A DNA stretch of 64,000 bases from the human T2T-CHM13v2.0 reference genome, Homo sapiens. Numbering within the stretch: the first letter of the stretch is position 1; the number at the start of each line of letters is the position of its first letter. This document shows, one piece after another, positions 1 to 11,700 of the stretch. Both the position numbers and the translations under genes were made by a program. Below the pieces are notes generated by a model. The model saw nothing but the letters and a program-made list of their open reading frames with translations. It did not search any database and was not told the DNA's origin. The stretch lies in assembly GCF_009914755.1 (NCBI RefSeq), contig NC_060946.1. The stretch is one strand, 5' to 3'.

Positions 1-262
1 CTCTATCAAAAGAAAGATCCACCTCTGTTAGCTGAGTTCACACATCACAAACAAGTTTATGAGAATGCTTCTGTCTAGTTTTTATTTGAAGATATTTCCT
101 TTCTCACCATAGACCTGAAAGCTGTCCTAATGTTCACTTCCAGATACTACAGAAAGAGTGTTTCAAAACTGCTGTACGAAAGGGAATGTTCAACTCTGTG
201 ACTTGAATGCACACATCACAAAGAAGTTTCTGAGGATGCTGCTGTCTACTTTTTATACGTAA

Positions 263-279
263 TCCCGTTTCCAACGAAA
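263..279 (-). promoter_or_regulatory. CENP-B box (first of four per HOR; ~187 positions in the window)
   Basis: tcccgtttccaacgaaa is the reverse complement of TTTCGTTGGAAACGGGA, matching YTTCGTTGGAARCGGGA. Confidence 0.97.
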
Positions 280-433
280 TCCTCCAAGCTATCCAAATAT
301 CCACTTGCAGATTCCACAGAAAGACTGTTTCAAAACTGCTCTGTCAATAGAAAGGTTCAACTCTGTTAGCTGCGTGCATATATCCCGAAGAAGATTCTGA
401 GATTCCTTCTGTCTAGTTTTTATGGGAAGATAT

Positions 434-450
434 TTCCCTTTTCACCGTAG
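434..450 (-). promoter_or_regulatory. A-box (pJalpha-type motif) in the alternate monomers lacking a CENP-B box; representative copy
   Basis: ttcccttttcaccgtag lies at the position homologous to the CENP-B box, 171 bp from the boxes at 263 and 605. Related variants occupy the other three A-type monomers (ttcctttctcaccatag, ttccctttatcaccatg, ttgctttttcaccgtag). Confidence 0.75.
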
Positions 451-604
451 GCGTCAAGGCGCTCCAAATGTCCACTTCCAGATACTACAAAAAGAGTGTT
501 TCAAACCTACTCTGTGAAAGGGAATATTCAACTCTGTGACTTGAATGCACATATCACAAAGAAGTTTCTGAGAATGCTTCTGTCGAGATTTTATATGAAG
601 ATAT

Positions 605-621
605 TCCCGTTTCCAACGAAA
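605..621 (-). promoter_or_regulatory. CENP-B box (second of four per HOR)
   Basis: tcccgtttccaacgaaa, 342 bp after the previous box. Confidence 0.97.
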
Positions 622-946
622 TCCTGAAATCTATCCAAATATCCCCTCGCAGATTCTACAAAAAGAGTGTTTCAAAACTGTTCTGTAAAAAGAAAGGTTC
701 AACTCTGTTAGTTGAGTACACACATCACAAACAAGTATCACAGAATGCTTCTTTCTAGCTTGTAGGGGAAGATATTCCCTTTATCACCATGGGCCTCAAA
801 CCGTCCGAAACGTCCACTTCCATATACTTCAAAAAGAGCGTTTCAAACCTGCTCTATGAAAGGCAATGTTCAACTCTGTGACTTGAATGCAGACATCACA
901 GAGCTGTTTATGAGAATGCTTCTGTCTAGATTTTATAGGATGATAT

Positions 947-963
947 TCCCGTTTCCAACGAAA
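947..963 (-). promoter_or_regulatory. CENP-B box (third of four per HOR)
   Basis: tcccgtttccaacgaaa, 342 bp after the previous box. Confidence 0.97.
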
Positions 964-1288
964 TCTTCACAGCTATCCAAATATCCACTTGCAGATTCTA
1001 CAAAAAGAGTGTATCCAAACTGCTCTGGCAAAAGGAAGGTTCTTCTCTGTTAAGTGAGTGCATACGTCATAAAGGAGTTTCTGAGAATGTTTCTGTCTAG
1101 TGGTTATGGGAAGATATTTGCTTTTTCACCGTAGGCCTCAGAGCGCTCCAAATATCCACTTGCACATACTACAAAAAGAGTGCCTCAAAGCTGCTCTCTG
1201 AAATGGAATGTTCAACTCTATGAGTTGAATGCAAACATCACAAAGACGTTTCTGAGAATGCTTCTGTCTAGATTTGATATGAAGATAT

Positions 1289-1305
1289 TCCCGTTTCCAA
1301 CGAAA
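1289..1305 (-). promoter_or_regulatory. CENP-B box (fourth of four per HOR)
   Basis: tcccgtttccaacgaaa, 342 bp after the previous box. The next box is at 1626 (337 bp here, 338 bp in 1364-bp units). Confidence 0.97.
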
Positions 1306-1363
1306 TCTTCAAATCTATCCAAATGTCCACTTCTATAATCAACAAAAAGTGTTTTTCAGAACT

Positions 1364-2727
1364 GCTCTATCAAAAGAAAGATCCACCTCTGTTAGCTGAG
1401 TTCACACATCCAAACAAGTTTATGAGAATGCTTCTGTCTAGTTTTTATTTGAAGATATTTCCTTTCTCACCATAGACCTGAAAGCTGTCCTAATGTTCAC
1501 TTCCAGATACTACAGAAAGAGTGTTTAAAAACTGCTGTACGAAAGGGAATGTTCAACTCTGTGACTTGAATGCACACATCACAAAGAAGTTTCTGAGGAT
1601 GCTGCTGTCTACTTTTTATACGTAATCCCGTTTCCAACGAAATCCTCCAAGCTATCCAAATATCCACTTGCAGATTCCACAGAAAGACTGTTTCAAAACT
1701 GCTCTGTCAATAGAAAGGTTCAACTCTGTTAGCTGCGTGCATATATCCCAAAGAAGATTCTGAGATTGCTTCTGTCTAGTTTTTATGGGAAGATATTTCC
1801 CTTTTCACCGTAGGTGTCAAGGCGCTCCAAATGTCCACTTCCAGATACTACAAAAAGAGTGTTTCAAACCTACTCTGTGAAAAGGAATATTCAACTCTGT
1901 GACTTTAATGCACATATCACAAAGAAGTTTCTGAGAATGCTTCTGTCGAGATTTTATATGAAGATATTCCCGTTTCCAACGAAATCCTGAAATCTATCCA
2001 AATATCCCCTCGCAGATTCTACAAAAAGAGTGTTTCAAAACTGCTCTGTAAAAAGAAAGGTTCAACTCTGTTAGTTGAGTACACACATCACAAACAAGTT
2101 TCACAGAATGCTTCTTTCTAGCTTGTAGGGGAAGATATTCCCTTTATCACCATGGGCCTCCAACCGTCCGAAACGTCCACTTCCATATACTACAAAAAGA
2201 GCGTTTCAAACCTGCTCTATGAAAGGCAATGTTCAACTCTGTGACTTGAATGCAGACATCACAGAGCAGTTTCTGAGAATGCTTCTGTCTAGATTTTATA
2301 GGAAGATATTCCCGTTTCCAACGAAATCTTCACAGCTATCCAAATATCCACTTGCAGATTCTACAAAAAGAGTGTATCAAAACTGCTCTGTCAAAAGGAA
2401 GGTTCTTCTCTGTTAGGTGAGTGCATACGTCATAAAGGAGTTTCTGAGAATGTTTCTGTCTAGTGGTTATGGGAAGATATTTGCTTTTTCACCGTAGGCC
2501 TCAGAGCGCTCCAAATATCCACTTGCACATACTACAAAAAGAGTGCCTCAGAGCTGCTCTCTGAAACGGAATGTTCAACTCTATGAGTTGAATGCAAACA
2601 TCACAAAGACGTTTCTGAGAATGCTTCTGTCTAGATTTGATATGAAGATATTCCCGTTTCCAACGAAATCTTCAAATCTATCCAAATGTCCACTTGCAGA
2701 TTCAACAAAAAGTGTTTTTCAGAACTG
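1364..2727 (-). repeat. Representative single octamer HOR unit (arbitrary phase)
   Basis: The window-start motif ctctatcaaaagaaagatccacctctgttagc recurs at 1, 1364 and 2728. Confidence 0.93.
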
Positions 2728-5700
2728 CTCTATCAAAAGAAAGATCCACCTCTGTTAGCTGAGTTCACACATCACAAACAAGTTTATGAGAATGCTTCTG
2801 TCTAGTTTTTATTTGAAGATATTTCCTTTCTCACCATAGACCTGAAAGCTGTCCTAATGTTCACTTCCAGATACTACAGAAAGAGTGTTTCAAAACTGCT
2901 GTACGAAAGGGAATGTTCAACTCTGTGACTTGAATGCACACATCACAAAGAAGTTTCTGAGGATGCTGCTGTCTACTTTTTATACGTAATCCCGTTTCCA
3001 ACGAAATCCTCCAAGCTACCCAAATATCCACTTGCAGATTCCACAGAAAGACTGTTTCAAAACTGCTCTGTCAATAGAAAGGTTCAACTCTGTTAGCTGC
3101 GTGCATATATCCCGAAGAAGATTCTGAGATTCCTTCTGTCTAGTTTTTATGGGAAGATATTTCCCTTTTCACCGTAGGCGTCAAGGCGCTCCAAATGTCC
3201 ACTTCCAGATACTACAAAAAGAGTGTTTCAAACCTACTCTGTGAAAGGGAATATTCAACTCTGTGACTTGAATGCACATATCACAAAGAAGTTTCTGAGA
3301 ATGCTTCTGTCGAGATTTTATATGAAGATATTCCCGTTTCCAACGAAATCCTGAAATCTATCCAAATATCCCCTCGCAGATTCTACAAAAAGAGTGTTTC
3401 AAAACTGTTCTGTAAAAAGAAAGGTTCAACTCTGTTAGTTGAGTACACACATCACAAACAAGTATCACAGAATGCTTCTTTCTAGCTTGTAGGGGAAGAT
3501 ATTCCCTTTATCACCATGGGCCTCAAACCGTCCGAAACGTCCACTTCCATATACTTCAAAAAGAGCGTTTCAAACCTGCTCTATGAAAGGCAATGTTCAA
3601 CTCTGTGACTTGAATGCAGACATCACAGAGCTGTTTATGAGAATGCTTCTGTCTAGATTTTATAGGATGATATTCCCGTTTCCAACGAAATCTTCACAGC
3701 TATCCAAATATCCACTTGCAGATTCTACAAAAAGAGTGTATCCAAACTGCTCTGGCAAAAGGAAGGTTCTTCTCTGTTAAGTGAGTGCATACGTCATAAA
3801 GGAGTTTCTGAGAATGTTTCTGTCTAGTGGTTATGGGAAGATATTTGCTTTTTCACCGTAGGCCTCAGAGCGCTCCAAATATCCACTTGCACATACTACA
3901 AAAAGAGTGCCTCAAAGCTGCTCTCTGAAATGGAATGTTCAACTCTATGAGTTGAATGCAAACATCACAAAGACGTTTCTGAGAATGCTTCTGTCTAGAT
4001 TTGATATGAAGATATTCCCGTTTCCAACGAAATCTTCAAATCTATCCAAATGTCCACTTCTATAATCAACAAAAAGTGTTTTTCAGAACTGCTCTATCAA
4101 AAGAAAGATCCACCTCTGTTAGCTGAGTTCACACATCCAAACAAGTTTATGAGAATGCTTCTGTCTAGTTTTTATTTGAAGATATTTCCTTTCTCACCAT
4201 AGACCTGAAAGCTGTCCTAATGTTCACTTCCAGATACTACAGAAAGAGTGTTTAAAAACTGCTGTACGAAAGGGAATGTTCAACTCTGTGACTTGAATGC
4301 ACACATCACAAAGAAGTTTCTGAGGATGCTGCTGTCTACTTTTTATACGTAATCCCGTTTCCAACGAAATCCTCCAAGCTATCCAAATATCCACTTGCAG
4401 ATTCCACAGAAAGACTGTTTCAAAACTGCTCTGTCAATAGAAAGGTTCAACTCTGTTAGCTGCGTGCATATATCCCAAAGAAGATTCTGAGATTGCTTCT
4501 GTCTAGTTTTTATGGGAAGATATTTCCCTTTTCACCGTAGGTGTCAAGGCGCTCCAAATGTCCACTTCCAGATACTACAAAAAGAGTGTTTCAAACCTAC
4601 TCTGTGAAAAGGAATATTCAACTCTGTGACTTTAATGCACATATCACAAAGAAGTTTCTGAGAATGCTTCTGTCGAGATTTTATATGAAGATATTCCCGT
4701 TTCCAACGAAATCCTGAAATCTATCCAAATATCCCCTCGCAGATTCTACAAAAAGAGTGTTTCAAAACTGCTCTGTAAAAAGAAAGGTTCAACTCTGTTA
4801 GTTGAGTACACACATCACAAACAAGTTTCACAGAATGCTTCTTTCTAGCTTGTAGGGGAAGATATTCCCTTTATCACCATGGGCCTCCAACCGTCCGAAA
4901 CGTCCACTTCCATATACTACAAAAAGAGCGTTTCAAACCTGCTCTATGAAAGGCAATGTTCAACTCTGTGACTTGAATGCAGACATCACAGAGCAGTTTC
5001 TGAGAATGCTTCTGTCTAGATTTTATAGGAAGATATTCCCGTTTCCAACGAAATCTTCACAGCTATCCAAATATCCACTTGCAGATTCTACAAAAAGAGT
5101 GTATCAAAACTGCTCTGTCAAAAGGAAGGTTCTTCTCTGTTAGGTGAGTGCATACGTCATAAAGGAGTTTCTGAGAATGTTTCTGTCTAGTGGTTATGGG
5201 AAGATATTTGCTTTTTCACCGTAGGCCTCAGAGCGCTCCAAATATCCACTTGCACATACTACAAAAAGAGTGCCTCAGAGCTGCTCTCTGAAACGGAATG
5301 TTCAACTCTATGAGTTGAATGCAAACATCACAAAGACGTTTCTGAGAATGCTTCTGTCTAGATTTGATATGAAGATATTCCCGTTTCCAACGAAATCTTC
5401 AAATCTATCCAAATGTCCACTTGCAGATTCAACAAAAAGTGTTTTTCAGAACTGCTCTATCAAAAGAAAGATCCACCTCTGTTAGCTGAGTTCACACATC
5501 ACAAACAAGTTTATGAGAATGCTTCTGTCTAGTTTTTATTTGAAGATATTTCCTTTCTCACCATAGACCTGAAAGCTGTCCTAATGTTCACTTCCAGATA
5601 CTACAGAAAGAGTGTTTCAAAACTGCTGTACGAAAGGGAATGTTCAACTCTGTGACTTGAATGCACACATCACAAAGAAGTTTCTGAGGATGCTGCTGTC

Positions 5701-8700
5701 TACTTTTTATACGTAATCCCGTTTCCAACGAAATCCTCCAAGCTATCAAAATATCCACTTGCAGATTCCACAGAAAGACTGTTTCAAAACTGCTCTGTCA
5801 ATAGAAAGGTTCAACTCTGTTAGCTGCGTGCATATATCCCGAAGAAGATTCTGAGATTCCTTCTGTCTAGTTTTTATGGGAAGATATTTCCCTTTTCACC
5901 GTAGGCGTCAAGGCGCTCCAAATGTCCACTTCCAGATACTACAAAAAGAGTGTTTCAAACCTACTCTGTGAAAGGGAATATTCAACTCTGTGACTTGAAT
6001 GCACATATCACAAAGAAGTTTCTGAGAATGCTTCTGTCGAGATTTTATATGAAGATATTCCCGTTTCCAACGAAATCCTGAAATCTATCCAAATATCCCC
6101 TCGCAGATTCTACAAAAAGAGTGTTTCAAAACTGTTCTGTAAAAAGAAAGGTTCAACTCTGTTAGTTGAGTACACACATCACAAACAAGTATCACAGAAT
6201 GCTTCTTTCTAGCTTGTAGGGGAAGATATTCCCTTTATCACCATGGGCCTCAAACCGTCCGAAACGTCCACTTCCATATACTTCAAAAAGAGCGTTTCAA
6301 ACCTGCTCTATGAAAGGCAATGTTCAACTCTGTGACTTGAATGCAGACATCACAGAGCTGTTTATGAGAATGCTTCTGTCTAGATTTTATAGGATGATAT
6401 TCCCGTTTCCAACGAAATCTTCACAGCTATCCAAATATCCACTTGCAGATTCTACAAAAAGAGTGTATCCAAACTGCTCTGGCAAAAGGAAGGTTCTTCT
6501 CTGTTAAGTGAGTGCATACGTCATAAAGGAGTTTCTGAGAATGTTTCTGTCTAGTGGTTATGGGAAGATATTTGCTTTTTCACCGTAGGCCTCAGAGCGC
6601 TCCAAATATCCACTTGCACATACTACAAAAAGAGTGCCTCAAAGCTGCTCTCTGAAATGGAATGTTCAACTCTATGAGTTGAATACAAACATCACAAAGA
6701 CGTTTCTGAGAATGCTTCTGTCTAGATTTGATATGAAGATATTCCCGTTTCCAACGAAATCTTCAAATCTATCCAAATGTCCACTTCTATAATCAACAAA
6801 AAGTGTTTTTCAGAACTGCTCTATCAAAAGAAAGATCCACCTCTGTTAGCTGAGTTCACACATCCAAACAAGTTTATGAGAATGCTTCTGTCTAGTTTTT
6901 ATTTGAAGATATTTCCTTTCTCACCATAGACCTGAAAGCTGTCCTAATGTTCACTTCCAGATACTACAGAAAGAGTGTTTAAAAACTGCTGTACGAAAGG
7001 GAATGTTCAACTCTGTGACTTGAATGCACACATCACAAAGAAGTTTCTGAGGATGCTGCTGTCTACTTTTTATACGTAATCCCGTTTCCAACGAAATCCT
7101 CCAAGCTATCCAAATATCCACTTGCAGATTCCACAGAAAGACTGTTTCAAAACTGCTCTGTCAATAGAAAGGTTCAACTCTGTTAGCTGCGTGCATATAT
7201 CCCAAAGAAGATTCTGAGATTGCTTCTGTCTAGTTTTTATGGGAAGATATTTCCCTTTTCACCGTAGGTGTCAAGGCGCTCCAAATGTCCACTTCCAGAT
7301 ACTACAAAAAGAGTGTTTCAAACCTACTCTGTGAAAAGGAATATTCAACTCTGTGACTTTAATGCACATATCACAAAGAAGTTTCTGAGAATGCTTCTGT
7401 CGAGATTTTATATGAAGATATTCCCGTTTCCAACGAAATCCTGAAATCTATCCAAATATCCCCTCGCAGATTCTACAAAAAGAGTGTTTCAAAACTGCTC
7501 TGTAAAAAGAAAGGTTCAACTCTGTTAGTTGAGTACACACATCACAAACAAGTTTCACAGAATGCTTCTTTCTAGCTTGTAGGGGAAGATATTCCCTTTA
7601 TCACCATGGGCCTCCAACCGTCCGAAACGTCCACTTCCATATACTACAAAAAGAGCGTTTCAAACCTGCTCTATGAAAGGCAATGTTCAACTCTGTGACT
7701 TGAATGCAGACATCACAGAGCAGTTTCTGAGAATGCTTCTGTCTAGATTTTATAGGAAGATATTCCCGTTTCCAACGAAATCTTCACAGCTATCCAAATA
7801 TCCACTTGCAGATTCTACAAAAAGAGTGTATCAAAACTGCTCTGTCAAAAGGAAGGTTCTTCTCTGTTAGGTGAGTGCATACGTCATAAAGGAGTTTCTG
7901 AGAATGTTTCTGTCTAGTGGTTATGGGAAGATATTTGCTTTTTCACCGTAGGCCTCAGAGCGCTCCAAATATCCACTTGCACATACTACAAAAAGAGTGC
8001 CTCAGAGCTGCTCTCTGAAACGGAATGTTCAACTCTATGAGTTGAATGCAAACATCACAAAGACGTTTCTGAGAATGCTTCTGTCTAGATTTGATATGAA
8101 GATATTCCCGTTTCCAACGAAATCTTCAAATCTATCCAAATGTCCACTTGCAGATTCAACAAAAAGTGTTTTTCAGAACTGCTCTATCAAAAGAAAGATC
8201 CACCTCTGTTAGCTGAGTTCACACATCACAAACAAGTTTATGAGAATGCTTCTGTCTAGTTTTTATTTGAAGATATTTCCTTTCTCACCATAGACCTGAA
8301 AGCTGTCCTAATGTTCACTTCCAGATACTACAGAAAGAGTGTTTCAAAACTGCTGTACGAAAGGGAATGTTCAACTCTGTGACTTGAATGCACACATCAC
8401 AAAGAAGTTTCTGAGGATGCTGCTGTCTACTTTTTATACGTAATCCCGTTTCCAACGAAATCCTCCAAGCTATCCAAATATCCACTTGCAGATTCCACAG
8501 AAAGACTGTTTCAAAACTGCTCTGTCAATAGAAAGGTTCAACTCTGTTAGCTGCGTGCATATATCCCGAAGAAGATTCTGAGATTCCTTCTGTCTAGTTT
8601 TTATGGGAAGATATTTCCCTTTTCACCGTAGGCGTCAAGGCGCTCCAAATGTCCACTTCCAGATACTACAAAAAGAGTGTTTCAAACCTACTCTGTGAAA

Positions 8701-11700
8701 GGGAATATTCAACTCTGTGACTTGAATGCACATATCACAAAGAAGTTTCTGAGAATGCTTCTGTCGAGATTTTATATGAAGATATTCCCGTTTCCAACGA
8801 AATCCTGAAATCTATCCAAATATCCCCTCGCAGATTCTACAAAAAGAGTGTTTCAAAACTGTTCTGTAAAAAGAAAGGTTCAACTCTGTTAGTTGAGTAC
8901 ACACATCACAAACAAGTATCACAGAATGCTTCTTTCTAGCTTGTAGGGGAAGATATTCCCTTTATCACCATGGGCCTCAAACCGTCCGAAACGTCCACTT
9001 CCATATACTTCAAAAAGAGCGTTTCAAACCTGCTCTATGAAAGGCAATGTTCAACTCTGTGACTTGAATGCAGACATCACAGAGCTGTTTATGAGAATGC
9101 TTCTGTCTAGATTTTATAGGATGATATTCCCGTTTCCAACGAAATCTTCACAGCTATCCAAATATCCACTTGCAGATTCTACAAAAAGAGTGTATCCAAA
9201 CTGCTCTGGCAAAAGGAAGGTTCTTCTCTGTTAGGTGAGTGCATACGTCATAAAGGAGTTTCTGAGAATGTTTCTGTCTAGTGGTTATGGGAAGATATTT
9301 GCTTTTTCACCGTAGGCCTCAGAGCGCTCCAAATATCCACTTGCACATACTACAAAAAGAGTGCCTCAAAGCTGCTCTCTGAAATGGAATGTTCAACTCT
9401 ATGAGTTGAATGCAAACATCACAAAGACGTTTCTGAGAATGCTTCTGTCTAGATTTGATATGAAGATATTCCCGTTTCCAACGAAATCTTCAAATCTATC
9501 CAAATGTCCACTTCTATAATCAACAAAAAGTGTTTTTCAGAACTGCTCTATCAAAAGAAAGATCCACCTCTGTTAGCTGAGTTCACACATCCAAACAAGT
9601 TTATGAGAATGCTTCTGTCTAGTTTTTATTTGAAGATATTTCCTTTCTCACCATAGACCTGAAAGCTGTCCTAATGTTCACTTCCAGATACTACAGAAAG
9701 AGTGTTTAAAAACTGCTGTACGAAAGGGAATGTTCAACTCTGTGACTTGAATGCACACATCACAAAGAAGTTTCTGAGGATGCTGCTGTCTACTTTTTAT
9801 ACGTAATCCCGTTTCCAACGAAATCCTCCAAGCTATCCAAATATCCACTTGCAGATTCCACAGAAAGACTGTTTCAAAACTGCTCTGTCAATAGAAAGGT
9901 TCAACTCTGTTAGCTGCGTGCATATATCCCAAAGAAGATTCTGAGATTGCTTCTGTCTAGTTTTTATGGGAAGATATTTCCCTTTTCACCGTAGGTGTCA
10001 AGGCGCTCCAAATGTCCACTTCCAGATACTACAAAAAGAGTGTTTCAAACCTACTCTGTGAAAAGGAATATTCAACTCTGTGACTTTAATGCACATATCA
10101 CAAAGAAGTTTCTGAGAATGCTTCTGTCGAGATTTTATATGAAGATATTCCCGTTTCCAACGAAATCCTGAAATCTATCCAAATATCCCCTCGCAGATTC
10201 TACAAAAAGAGTGTTTCAAAACTGCTCTGTAAAAAGAAAGGTTCAACTCTGTTAGTTGAGTACACACATCACAAACAAGTTTCACAGAATGCTTCTTTCT
10301 AGCTTGTAGGGGAAGATATTCCCTTTATCACCATGGGCCTCCAACCGTCCGAAACGTCCACTTCCATATACTACAAAAAGAGCGTTTCAAACCTGCTCTA
10401 GGAAAGGCAATGTTCAACTCTGTGACTTGAATGCAGACATCACAGAGCAGTTTCTGAGAATGCTTCTGTCTAGATTTTATAGGAAGATATTCCCGTTTCC
10501 AACGAAATCTTCACAGCTATCCAAATATCCACTTGCAGATTCTACAAAAAGAGTGTATCAAAACTGCTCTGTCAAAAGGAAGGTTCTTCTCTGTTAGGTG
10601 AGTGCATACGTCATAAAGGAGTTTCTGAGAATGTTTCTGTCTAGTGGTTATGGGAAGATATTTGCTTTTTCACCGTAGGCCTCAGAGCGCTCCAAATATC
10701 CACTTGCACATACTACAAAAAGAGTGCCTCAGAGCTGCTCTCTGAAACGGAATGTTCAACTCTATGAGTTGAATGCAAACATCACAAAGACGTTTCTGAG
10801 AATGCTTCTGTCTAGATTTGATATGAAGATATTCCCGTTTCCAACGAAATCTTCAAATCTATCCAAATGTCCACTTGCAGATTCAACAAAAAGTGTTTTT
10901 CAGAACTGCTCTATCAAAAGAAAGATCCACCTCTGTTAGCTGAGTTCACACATCACAAACAAGTTTATGAGAATGCTTCTGTCTAGTTTTTATTTGAAGA
11001 TATTTCCTTTCTCACCATAGACCTGAAAGCTGTCCTAATGTTCACTTCCAGATACTACAGAAAGAGTGTTTCAAAACTGCTGTACGAAAGGGAATGTTCA
11101 ACTCTGTGACTTGAATGCACACATCACAAAGAAGTTTCTGAGGATGCTGCTGTCTACTTTTTATACGTAATCCCGTTTCCAACGAAATCCTCCAAGCTAT
11201 CCAAATATCCACTTGCAGATTCCACAGAAAGACTGTTTCAAAACTGCTCTGTCAATAGAAAGGTTCAACTCTGTTAGCTGCGTGCATATATCCCGAAGAA
11301 GATTCTGAGATTCCTTCTGTCTAGTTTTTATGGGAAGATATTTCCCTTTTCACCGTAGGCGTCAAGGCGCTCCAAATGTCCACTTCCAGATACTACAAAA
11401 AGAGTGTTTCAAACCTACTCTGTGAAAGGGAATATTCAACTCTGTGACTTGAATGCACATATCACAAAGAAGTTTCTGAGAATGCTTCTGTCGAGATTTT
11501 ATATGAAGATATTCCCGTTTCCAACGAAATCCTGAAATCTATCCAAATATCCCCTCGCAGATTCTACAAAAAGAGTGTTTCAAAACTGTTCTGTAAAAAG
11601 AAAGGTTCAACTCTGTTAGTTGAGTACACACATCACAAACAAGTATCACAGAATGCTTCTTTCTAGCTTGTAGGGGAAGATATTCCCTTTATCACCATGG

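Noticed and set aside
1334-1339. TATAAT created by the clustered mutation as a promoter element
   Set aside because: TATAAT is the bacterial -10 consensus and only a weak TATA-like match in a primate context. Nothing in the sequence supports transcription from it.
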